Origin: Macrostomum lignano
Lineage: Eukaryota
DNA length: 64,000 bases
Assembly: GCA_002269645.1 (NCBI GenBank)
Contig: NIVC01000467.1
Location: 1 to 64,000 of the forward strand
Direction of reading: 5' to 3'
Shown piece after piece: positions 11,273 to 23,504 of the stretch. How positions within the stretch are numbered: the first letter of the stretch is position 1; each line of letters begins with the position of its first letter. The notes beneath the pieces were generated by a model. It had not been told where the DNA came from and ran no database searches. It saw nothing but the letters and a program-made list of their open reading frames with translations. The position numbers and the translations under genes were made by a program.

Positions 11273-13294
11273 TCAGGCCACCGCCTGCGGCCCAGGCTTG
11301 TCCGCTTTTGCCTGCACCGGCAGGTACAGCTTGAACTCTGCCGGCAGTTCGTCCTCGGTGTACAGTCGGTCGCTAAAGTACACACGACGGATCCGGCAGT
11401 TGGCGTGGATCTGGGTGGGTATTTGAGGATGAGGCAACGGTATATAAAAAACCAATGGTAGCTGATAAAAAGATTACTAATGGATGGCTTTCTATAATGG
11501 TTTGTATGTGTGAAATCTCTCCCACGCTGTGACGCACCAATTTGAATGAAGATAATGTGCAACCGACAGCTCAGCCGCAGCTATTGCGCGACGCATCTGA
11601 AGGCTGCATACGGCCTGTTCAGTCCAAGGACTGGAAGGGGCCACACTCACACCCTCAATTACCCCAGCTAACGCTGGCACCCATTTTACAGCTGGGTGAA
11701 CTGAAGCAATGCAGATTTGAGTGTCTTGCTCAAGGACACAAATCATTCCAGTGCAGGGATCAAGAATCGAACCCTCGACCTTCAATTGTCGTGAGTCCGA
11801 CGCTCTAACCACTAGGTTACAATCCCTTCAGCCCCCTTGAAAAAAATTCATGCAATTGTAATGACTTTACAAACAAAACAGATATATCTAGCTCTATTAA
11901 AAAACTGATTTGAGCTACATGTATTTTTACCTGAATTCGCTGCGTCTCAATATAGTTAGTGCCGTAGGCTCGCCTGGTGAAATCGGACAGGTTGAACTGG
12001 ATCTGGTTCCAGCCTTCGTCAAGCCTCATCGGCATGGTACAGATGAACGGCTTCACCCGGGTGGTGCTCTGATAATTGGAGGCTCGGAACCGCCGTCTGA
12101 CGTTCTTGTCGTCAAGGATCTGAAACATCGATTATATATGCATAGATTTGTTATAACTGGTATACAGGCACTCAGTCTGGATTTTGGATTTTTTGTCACG
12201 TCACTGAGGGGTGCTTATTTCATCTGGGGCGACACCATTTCGTTTGACAGGGCGCTTTTTCAATGAGGGGGCGCCATTTCGTTTGGGGAAGGGCGCCATT
12301 TCATTTGAGAGGCGCCATTTCGTTTGGGGAAGGGCGCCATTTCATTTGAGAGGCGCCATTTCGTTTGGGGAAGGGCGCCATTTCATTTGAGAGTTGCCAT
12401 TTCATTGAGGAAGGGCGCCATTTCATTTGAGAGGTGCCATTTCATTTAGGTGGCGCCATTTCATTTGAAGGGCACCAAAACTACCACAAATGAGCGCCAT
12501 CTATTGCCAGTAAGTTTTTAGAAGCCAAGCCCCCTTGCCCTTAGCTAAGCCCCTGTCGGTTACATTGCATAAAGTTAGGCTTTCTAGCTCGTATTTCTAA
12601 CAGCAATAAAGCACATTTCACTGTCTTACCTGTACTTCAAATGTAAAGTACTTCTTCAAATTCTTGATGATCATCACAAGGAATGGAAGCTTAATTCCAA
12701 GTGTTCTGCCAGATTCTTTGGGACATGTGATATATGTTGTGCTGACATTAGTGCCCATAATTTCCAATACAAGTGATTGAATGTCATTGTCTGTAATCCT
12801 CTTGATGTGTCCATTTTTTACCTGAAGTTGGAAAGTAGAAATATTTAACCTTAATCATAGGTAAATAAAACCCAGTATTTTACATTTCAAGTAAAGTATT
12901 TTCATTAAATTTTGTTGTTAAAACTCAAAATAATTATAAATTTCAATCCAAAATTCTGTTTGAGCAGCAAGTCTGATTATTTCTGCATGACTTAGAGTCA
13001 AAGCAGGGATTATATATTTGCACATATTTATTACACCTGTATAAAAATAGTTATACATTTTTTGCATAGAAAAAACATGGAATAGTAATAGAGTCATGGT
13101 CATAGTCATAGTCATAGACTTATAAAGCTTTGGGCAGTGTACTATTTGGTACAGAATATAACTGTTTACGTTGCTCAATCGCAAACAGGATGTAAAGATG
13201 TTTAACTTACATTTCTATTCCAGATCGTCAACGGCTTACTGCCAATGCTGTACAGTACTGAAAGAAAGCCACTTTGAAATGTATCCTTAAACAT
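11273..13294 (-). CDS. CFAP20: Cilia- and flagella-associated protein 20 (BUG22/C16orf80), complete, 200 aa; exons 13294-13211, 12821-12630, 12119-11931, 11410-11273
   Basis: The spliced translation [25 protein letters not shown].../[21 protein letters not shown]...[53 protein letters not shown].../[31 protein letters not shown] is the highly conserved CFAP20 sequence. All introns are GT-AG phase 0, and 84+192+189+138 = 603 nt. Confidence 0.98.
11556..11826 (-). mobile_element. tRNA-derived SINE, copy 1 (in CFAP20 intron 3)
   Basis: On the minus strand: A-box-like TAGTGGTTAGAGCG, B-box GGGTTCGATTC, then GTGTCCTTGAGCAAGACACT...CAGCTGTAAAATGGGT resembling CORE/V-type SINE central domains. A second copy lies at 18259. 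Confidence 0.8.
12225..12505. repeat. Alternating 22/19-bp GGCGCCATTTC minisatellite (CFAP20 intron 2)
   Basis: GGCGCC occurs at 12270, 12292, 12311, 12333 and 12352, with spacings 22, 19, 22, 19. Confidence 0.9.
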
Positions 13295-13463
13295 ACCAAT
13301 GCCTTTTCTGTACAGAAAGGTAAAATTTCCAAGCAAAGAGCTATTTGTTACAAACAAACAAAAGTTGTCGCTTTGTTACGGAAAGATGTTGAATAACCAG
13401 AATTTAAAACAGTGCGCTTGTTGCTTATGGATACCGTCTTTGTACATTAGCTGGGAATTTCCC

Positions 13464-13477
13464 GTTGCCATCGTAAG
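13464..13477 (-). promoter_or_regulatory. Candidate RFX X-box upstream of CFAP20
   Basis: GTTGCCATCGTAAG matches GTTGCCATGGYAAC at 12 of 14 positions, 170 bp upstream of the ATG of a ciliary gene. Confidence 0.4.
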
Positions 13478-15670
13478 GGATGCTATTATAATATTTGGTA
13501 TATTAAACTGCATAAAAATGTTTTTAAATAACAAATCTTTTTATCAAAGTATATGGCTAGTAAATTTTCAACAGACAGCTTGGCTTGTCGGCAATTTTAT
13601 TATAACAGTTGAGAATAGCTTTCTTCATTCCGTAGAAAAATAAAATGTATAAATTCGTTCACCAAGGGGCAAGTGCAGGCCAATAGACAATAAACGACCC
13701 TTCAATTCAGTTACTATACAGTAGCAGTTATTAACTAGTCTAGTGGTTCTTTCATATTCATGTTATATTTTTTATTGTAACTTATTGTGTAACTTCGATA
13801 TTTAAAAAAACGGTAAAACGTACAGTTTCTTTTTAATACCGATGTATATTGGCTCAATAAAGCATGCCAAAAATTTTATTTTAAATTTAAAAAACTATTT
13901 TTGTGTTTTACAAAAATCATTCAAACCAAGGGAAATTTCTTGAAAAAATCAAAACAACATTAATAATGTTACAATTAAATAAGGTTTTAGGCATTTTAAG
14001 GAACGCATTTTAAAGGACTATGAAAACTGCTGCAAGAACGTTATTTAAACGAGAAATAATATTTAGGATCATTTTTACAGAAATTCGATTGATATACAGC
14101 TATACATGTAATTACAGAAGCATGCATTCAGAATAAACATGAATAGAATAGAATAACTTTTATGGCTTAGCGACTGGTACATGTATACTTATGATTGTAT
14201 CATATCTAATTACGGGACAATTTAACAATCGGAATTAAAAGTTGCGGGTTTTGATTCGTACTATACAAATAGTTGAAATCAACCGGAAGTGTACAGACGT
14301 GATATACATGTGCTAAATCAAGAAGCCTTCATATCATATCATTAGACACAGCTGCATTCATCTGCATTAATTAATTTAATGATGCATTAATTAATAATGC
14401 ATAATAAGAATAATAAGATAATAGAGATGTCACACTCAGCCGCTCAGCTAGATTTTAAGCACAGCTTAGTTGACCTCAGAGAATCTGTCCTTAAGATTGA
14501 GCAGGGTTGGTGAATTTATGTATTTAAGGAAATGAGAGAGCCAAAAAGCCCCACGGAAAGAAAAGTAGAAAAGGGGAAGCGGTCCGGTGTCATAAAGAAT
14601 TGCAGCGTTGGACAGCTCTCCCCTTCTTCCCCAGCCAATTGATTGAGTCTCACATACACTTCCTCACGCCTCGTGCTCTGCTCAGTCGCTTAAGAATTAA
14701 GGAGCCCGCGGACGGACGACAAACTGCCTAGTGGGGATGCTTGGTTGTTGGGGTGATTACGTAATCCACTTTTTTTAGCTGCTAACTCTGCCGCCAGCTC
14801 GATTGCCGGGCAAATTTACTGCTTTTATTATCCCCATCTCGCTTTGGTCAGCTCGGATGGCCGCCAACGATCCCTAGAGAATCTCCTGAATTGGGATGAC
14901 GACGAGATCGTGTGCAGTGACTGGGGGGGGGGGATATAGAGAGCTGCTGCAGAAAAAAAAACAGTGGATTATGGGAAGCGTATACAACAAGCGATGCAAG
15001 CGATTCGCTTCGGCTTGTTAGCTAAATTGATAGATTTGCATAAATTTCAGCACTCTCTCGTAATAAATATCTATAACAGTGTTTGCAATTTTGTGCGGGA
15101 CTTGTGGAGTTTTTCTCTGAAGTTTTCAACGTCTACATTGACTGCAGTGGCGAGTGGACAGGAAGTGCAGCTATGCAAGCCTCCGCTGAAAAAATATCTA
15201 TATTGTGTGATGGTAGCTACAGCTATTACGCAACGAGCTGTTATGCCCGCAAGGTCGCGAAACGGTTCAAGAATTGGTTGCGGCCTCATGCGCGTGCATG
15301 GATCAACTTCCTGCTCTGAAGGGCGGGAGAATTAAGAAGCTAAAAAACTAACAATGTGCGATTAGTATAACAAGTATTGTTCACTTATAATAAGAGGATG
15401 ATGTGAAAAGTAAGGGGCTCAAGTTTCACTACAAAAGACCATTCATAATATAACCAGCATAGAACATAAAAGCGATATTATTCTTCAAAAAATTGGCTCA
15501 CATAGCGCAGATGCTTCCTTAATAATATCCTAAAAATGAACAGAAAACGTAAACTGAAAATGGGTAACTTTACCGTCTAGCAAAAAGTTTATAGCTAGAA
15601 AAAAATTAACAATTAAATGTGCTTGTCAACGTCAAAATGAGTGTTTGGAAAACCAAAACTCGGAAGCTGC

Positions 15671-17785
15671 CTAGTAGCAGACATTCACGTTCCTGACGCC
15701 TTCGCCGCAGTCGAAAGCGTTCAAAACTTCGGGCAGGCTGCTGAACGCGTCGTTGGCAAGCTTGACCACATCAGAGGTAGCCGGAGCAGTGGCTCTAGCA
15801 GCAGTCACCGACTTGCGACAAGTCAGCTGACTCACCCCGATGACAGTCGATCGCGTGACCGCCGGAGCAGTGCTCTGATCGACAGCTCGAATAGCAACAC
15901 GAAGGCTAAGCAAGCTGGCCAGCTTCTTCTGCTCTGGATCGTTGGTGGATGTAGAGCTGACCGGACATCCAGCGGTGAGGTTAACCAGAAGGTCCGCTGG
16001 CAGTCTCTGCTTCTCCACCGCCGAAATTCCGCGAAGCGTTTCGTAGGCAATCAGGAAGTTCATAGCCGGATCGGCGGGCAGGGCGGCCCAATAAAACTCA
16101 ATAGGATACGGAAATCTGTTCCAATCCGGCTCAGTGTCCTTGATGAAGCTGGGAGGCTGATAGCCGAACCGATTTGACGCTTTATCGGTGAGAAACTCGG
16201 CCTGTGAAGAAGCCGCCAACCTGTAGACGCTGCGTCTGCGCTCTCGCATTGCGTCCAGCAGATTGACAAGGTATGGATTGTCGGCTGGGAGTGCCAGCTT
16301 GCCGTAGACAGCTCGCATGCGCTCCGGGCTGCGCGTCCACCGTGGCAGGTCGGCGACATCCGTCGGTGCCACTCCAAGCACAGACCGGATCCGTTCAACA
16401 GCCGACCTGTGCTTGCCTTCCAATCCGAGCTGATCAACAAACAATCTGGCAGTCGGATGCGGATACAGGCTTAGCACGGTTGCTAGGCAGACTTCCGGCT
16501 TACCTGAAGGCGATGATAATTGACTCTGAGCCCCAGCCCGAGTGTCAACAGGGGCAGCAGCGTCCAGCGAGCCAAGCAGATGCGGTCGTAGCGCCGTCAG
16601 GGCGTTGATGAAGGCATAGCCAATCAACGTGTCCGGGTCCTGCCGGGCCGCCAGCTCCAGCAGGCGTCGGACTCTGCCGCGACCGCGAAGGCAAAGTCTG
16701 TCGAATTGTCCCGGGCCCGCCTGCAAGTCTGGAAGCAGCGTACCGTAGAAATTTTGCCAGCCAGTGGCTCCGTTCGGAAAGAGGCTGGCTACCTCGTCGA
16801 AGCTGATGTAGCTTCTATTGGCGCTGTCAGCTTCCCCATTGTCAATCAGCTTCCAGACTTCTTCGTTAAGGCTTACAATTTTCTCCACAATGACGAACGG
16901 CAGTCCGCGACCGAGAAACTTGAAGGTCGCCTCCACGGAGCGAGTCACCCGGTCGCGACTGCCGCGAGGCAGCCGAGGCGTTGACGGACGAAGGCACAGC
17001 GACAGCGAGCGCTTGTTCGACGATGCTCCAGCATCCCGACTGTCATTCGGCTCGACGTCCAGCATCACGGGCAGATCCTGCAGTGCAAACTGGGCCAGCA
17101 CTTTCTCTGGCGAATGCTTGAAGCCCCACAAGATGGACTCGGAGCCGAACACGGACATTGGCGTGAACCGACCGAGGTCGGTGAATGCTGCTATCAATTC
17201 GTCGGGTTTGAGCCGGTCGAAGGCGAGACAGGATCGAGTCAGGTTGCTCACCGCCAGAGCCCAGGAGGGCAGCGTCGGCTGTCGATCAATGCCTAGCAAC
17301 AGCAGCTCCACCAGAGAGTCCTGGATCCGGAGCTGGGCCTGACGAATCGAGCTGGTCTCAGTCTCGACAGCTCGACCGTTCCAGCGCAAGCTGACAGCCT
17401 GCTGGAAGCGACCGCACGAATATTTGTAGAGGTTCACGCACGGACTGGAGCCGGCTGAGACAAAGGACGCCGATTCAGGCGGCAGCAGAGGCGGCTGTTG
17501 CTGAAGCAGTTGACGCTGGCAGGCGGCGGCCACCTTGGAAGTTCGATCGCTGGCGCTGGTCGAGAAGGTTCTGCCGCCGGCCTGGTGTCCCGCATCGATG
17601 TAGAAGTAGAACAGACAGAGCACGGCAAATCCGCTGGCTACCAGGACCAGCAGCACCGTCAGTACCCAGGTGCTGGCCCTACAGCTGGAAGAGCTGGCGT
17701 TGTCAGGCTTACCGGATGCGTCACTTGTCTCCATGCGGATGTTAGTGTCATCGGATGTTTCACTTTCCAGCTGTTTCTGCTTCTG

Positions 17786-17826
<41 letters not shown>

Positions 17827-18055
17827 TTTGAATCAGAAGAGATTCGGTCTCAGTCTCCATGGCTGCAGCTTCACCGTTTCTGGGCGAAGCTGATCCAGGC
17901 TTGTAAATGAGGTTGGACATGCCTTTTTTATAGTCGGTAAATTTCTTCACTCTACTTTCAGTTTTCTTTTCAATAACTAGACTGTCTTGGCCATAAGTTT
18001 CACTTCGAAGCGAATTTTTATCAACTTCTCCACATTGGAGACCTCGGCATCTCAT
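15671..18055 (-). CDS. Neprilysin/endothelin-converting enzyme (M13)-like type II membrane protein, predicted catalytically inactive, single exon, 794 aa
   Basis: Has a TM helix WVLTVLLVLVASGFAVLCLFYFYI, the M13 N-terminal motif SPCVNLYKYSCGRF (cf. PCxDFYxYACGxW) and a C-terminal SLPEVLNAFDC...C (cf. NxxEFxxAFxC). The HExxH position reads IAYETLRG. Confidence 0.8.
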
Positions 18056-18258
18056 TGGACCATGGCTCCACAGCCAATACGGTTATTGCCATCATTTCAC
18101 TGGGAAATATTAGCTAATGACTGACTTTCTCTGCCAGACTGCCACTGCATACCAATGGGGCTTCAGTTGTATCCATGATTACAGGAGGATGGTCCCACAA
18201 CCAGCGCTGAGGATATTCTGCCCATTATGCTGACTCCCGAGTACGTTTTATGGCCAGA

Positions 18259-18507
18259 TGTGCAACCGACAGCTCAGCCGCAGCTATTGCGCGGCGCATC
18301 AAAGGACTGAGGGGGGGGGTCGCCGCACACCCCCTTAATTACATCAGCTAATGCTGGCACCCATTTTACAGCTGGGCGAATTGAAGCAATGCAGAGTTAA
18401 GCGTCTTGCTCAAGGACTCAAATTTTTTCCAAGTGGGTTGAGAATCGAACCTCCGACCTCTGTCAGTCGTGAGTCCCACGCTCTAAACACTACTAGGCTA
18501 CAAACCC
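18259..18507 (-). mobile_element. tRNA-derived SINE, copy 2
   Basis: Collinear with 11556-11826 (TGTGCAACCGACAGCTCAGCCGCAGCTATTGCGC; GCTGGCACCCATTTTACAGCTGGG; TCTTGCTCAAGGAC; GAATCGAACC; GTCGTGAGTCC). Confidence 0.8.
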
Positions 18508-19455
18508 TCTTTGAAATGATAAATGCCTTAACAATAGCGGCACCCTGAGATCCTGATCTGATGCCAAACCAAAAAATGATAATCAATATAAAAAATCATT
18601 TCAGCACAGATATTTTGCTTTTTGGGACAATTGTCTGCCCTAGGAATTCAAGTGGGGGCAATCCATAGTGGCACTGGCCGCGGCGCAATGATCAATCATT
18701 TAATTATTAACCAGATTTCAGCTGCGAGAGGCCAGGAGTTGAAATGACAGGCGAAATGACGCAGAAGTCTTTCCTCATAGTTTTCAGCGATCAATCGGTC
18801 TTATTGATGGGTATCTAGATATTGTAGAATCCAAGGATAAATTATGGAGAACTGAATATGAGGACGGGCCGGTCTGACCTGAGCTGTCTAGGCAAAAACC
18901 TTTAGAATAGAAAAAAAACAAAATCAAACAGACTCAGACACCCATCTCATCGTTATCTCTTGTCCGAAACATCGATCAGGACTGAAAGCAAGAACTGACT
19001 TAATGATGCTTAGTTAGCGCACAATATACACTACTCACTTCGATCAGTGTGTCAATCCAGTCTCCCGTTGTTAAATAAACATGGCATGACTTATCCCAGT
19101 CATTATTGGAACAGAGCATCAGTGCTACTGATTTTTTTACTGTTGTTATTTAGTCAGACTCCGGGCTCCCAACTCAGCGATGGAGGCTGGGTGTATAGCT
19201 ACATCAGGCATACTACTTAAACTGACCTTGGATGAACCCTCACTGCTCCCTATACTCGTAGCGTATAATTAAACCAAGGCTAGAGACTGTGATCAACTGG
19301 TTCTACCTCCATATATACTATATAGCTATTATGGACTTTTAATTTAGGGAAGACTGGAAGTTGGAAGAGCGCAAAATTTTCTTAGAAATTATATTTGTAT
19401 TTCTTAGAATGTGCATTTGAGCGAGAAATTTGATTTCAATCCACCGATTTAAAAA

Positions 19456-20100
19456 TCCTCGTACCAATTTTGGCTAATCCTTGTACCAATTTTGGCTAAT
19501 CCTTGTACCAAATTTGGCTAATCCTTGTACCAAATTTGGCTAATCCTTGTACCAAATTTGGCTAATCCTTGTACCAATTTTGGCTAATCCTTGTACCAAT
19601 TTTGGCTAATCCTTGTACGAATTTCGGCTAATCCTTGTACTAATTTAGACTAATTCTTGTACTAATTTTGGCTAATCCTTGTACCAATTTTGGCCAATCT
19701 TTGTACCAATTTAGGCTAATTCTTGTACTAATTTAGGCTAATTCTTGTACTAAATTTGGCTAATCCTTGTACCAAATTTGGCTAATCCTTGTACCAATTT
19801 TGGCTAATCCTTGTACCAATTTCGGGTAATCCTTGTACCAATTTTGGCTAATCCTTGTACGAATTTCGGCTAATCCTTGTACTAATTTAGACTAATTCTT
19901 GTACTAATTTTGGCTAATCCTTGTACCAATTTTGGCCAATCTTTGTACCAATTTAGGCTAATTCTTGTACTAATTTAGGCTAATTCTTGTACTAATTTAG
20001 GCTAATTCTTGTAATAATTTTGGCTAATTCTTGTACCGATTTCGGCTAACCCTTGTACCAATAGTAGCTAATACTTGTACCAGATTTAGATTAATCCATG
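19456..20100. repeat. 22-bp minisatellite CCTTGTACCAATTTTGGCTAAT
   Basis: About 29 copies, decaying at the right end. Confidence 0.95.
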
Positions 20101-20671
20101 TAAAAATTTTATGCTAGTTTTTTACCAACTGTTTTGAGATTCTTGTACCGGTTTCAGATATTTTGTACAAATAAATTCTATTCTAATTCTGATTTTCATA
20201 GTGTTATTATCAACCAATCCGTGCTTATAAATCTAGGTTCCCACCTAAGCGTAATCTATGACCTGCAGTCTGTCTCAATAATACTGTTGCTATGCTGGTT
20301 GCTATGGTAGGCTTTCTAAGAAACAGTAGACTTATTGATAATTATATTAAATGTCGCGTGCTATCAACTCGCTACCACTGCAAGGACTGCTTCTATCAAG
20401 CAGGTGGGGGGTTCAATTTGCCATCCGTGATTTCTTAATTTGCTATTCTGTGTTCAACTTCCAGTAAAATTTTTCAATTTGCTTCAATGTGCGTGCTACG
20501 GGGTGTGCCAAGAGTAATTAGAGAATATTAGCAAAGCAGATGCGAGTCGAGCAAAATCCTTTTTAATCAAAATTATTCTCGAAACCTTTCTAAATTCAAA
20601 ACTGTTTCTTGGAAACACACAGAAGAAATCAGATTTCTCGTCTTTTCTTTAAAACTGGATTTTTCAAAATT

Positions 20672-21440
20672 TCTCATACACCTCCCATAGATTATTAAAA
20701 TTATCTACATCTCCCAGAGATTATTGGAAATCATCTACATTCTCCCAGAGATTATTGGAAATCATCTACACCTCCCATAGATTATTAAAATTATCTACAT
20801 CTCCCAGAGATTATTGGAAATCATCTACATTCTCCCAGAGATTATTGGAAATCGTCTACATCTCCTAGAGATTCTTGGAAATCATCTACATCTCCCAGAG
20901 ATTATTGAAAATCGTCTACATCTCCTAGGGATTCTTGGAAATCGTCTACATCTCCTAGAGATTATAGAAAATCATCTACACCTCCCAGAGATTATTGGAA
21001 ATCATCTACATCTCCCAGAGATTATTGGAAATCATCTACACCTCCCAGGGATTCTTGGAAATCATCTACATCTCCCAGAGATTATTGGAAATCATCTACA
21101 TCTCCCAGAGATTATTGGAAATCATCTACACCTCCCAGGGATTCTTGGAAATCATCTACATCTCCCAGAGATTATTGGAAATCATCTACATCTCCCAGAG
21201 ATTATTGGAAATCATCTACATCTCACAGAGATTATTGGAAATCATCTACATCTCCCAGAGATTATTGGAAATCATCTACATCTCCCAGAGATTCTTGGAA
21301 ATCGTCTACATCTCACAGAGATTATTGGAAATCATCTACATCTCCCAGAGATTATTGGAAATCATCTACATCTCCCAGAGATTATTGGAAATCATCTACA
21401 TCTCCCAGAGATTATTGGAAATCATCTACGTTTCGCAGAG
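20672..21440. repeat. 30-bp minisatellite CTACATCTCCCAGAGATTATTGGAAATCAT
   Basis: About 25 copies; these generate the spurious ORFs at 20814 and 20995. Confidence 0.95.
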
Positions 21441-21959
21441 ATTGAAATCATCTTCATCTCTCTGCGTGCTTTTCAGCTCTGAATTAATTCTTGGAGCCTC
21501 GAATATTGCACTGCAGATTGCGCAAAGTGTGGCGAAAGAACTCAAAAGTTATGAGTAACGCGCTCAGATCAAAGTCTGGTCAAATTAATGATGATGTAAC
21601 CACCCATCGGGTTTTGGTGCGCAGGGTGACACTTCAGGGAAACCCAAAATCCATTGTTGCTTGGAAAGACTAAAAGAGAATCAAGCACTGGGGGTGGGTG
21701 AAACTCAGTCTGTCTGAACAGATCCTTAGTCACGACTTGGCCGCAAGCTTAGAGAGGCTTCGGCCTCTTTCGGTAAAATCCAGTCAACCACTTTTGCTGC
21801 TAACAACTGAGCACATATTTGTCTTGGCTTTAAGCTGAGGTATGGCTGCTAATGCTTGGACGCTGACGAAATCATTTTAACTGGGCCGGTATTTGCCTAG
21901 GAATTCTGTTCCTTCAAAACCTGTTTTGGGTCTGAGCAGTCTCTCCCCTGTATCTACTG

Positions 21960-22889
<930 letters not shown>

Positions 22890-23504
22890 TCGCATATCCG
22901 CTATGTGTAACATTCAAATATTTGAAAAACATGAAATTCATCCTTCAATCTGTCACTTTGCCAGACCCCCAGAGGCCGCAAAAGACAAATAGAAATAGAT
23001 GAGGCCAGCAGCTGAGCCGTGACGTCACTGGAAAGCAGAAATCGTTCTTCTCTAAAATCTGCCGTGGCATCTGTTGTGTATTTTTCAATATTTTTGCTGT
23101 TCCAGTTATCGCATGAAAAAAGAATGGAAGAAACAAGGGCCTTTAAGCTGATAATATTCTTAACTATATGACTGATTGATGAAGCGGATTGTGGGGTGCA
23201 GCAGCTGTGCCCCCCCCGCAGCTCTTCGTCAGACCGTCGTACTGGATTTATTCCAACAAATTTCAACAGCTTTTTAACCACTTCTTGTTCTGAAAAAAGC
23301 TAGGGAAAAGTTGTATTTATAATTAATAAGTATCACACAGCGAACCGCGGTGGGTGGCTGAGTGCTAGGCATATTTCTTGTGTCCATAATAGACACCACC
23401 TAACTTTTGAAATCTGTGCGGGATGTGTGTCTGTCAGACAGAAATATTTAATTTATTAGAGCAGGTGTGAAGAACTGTGTGTATAGATTTTATATTGTGA
23501 ATTT

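Noticed and set aside
11760-11826. tRNA-like sequence (also 18440-18507)
   Set aside because: It has A/B boxes but no complete cloverleaf, and continues into a shared SINE body.
14964-15335. Overlapping 72-123-aa ORFs between CFAP20 and the M13 gene
   Set aside because: No recognisable motifs or supported splice structure.
15641-17893. Plus-strand ORFs over the neprilysin-like gene, and similar antisense ORFs over gag/pol, RasGAP and the P450
   Set aside because: Shadow ORFs of GC-rich coding sequence.
20814-21558. LRR-looking ORFs (HLPEIIGNHL)
   Set aside because: A 30-bp DNA repeat open in more than one frame, with no flanking coding context.
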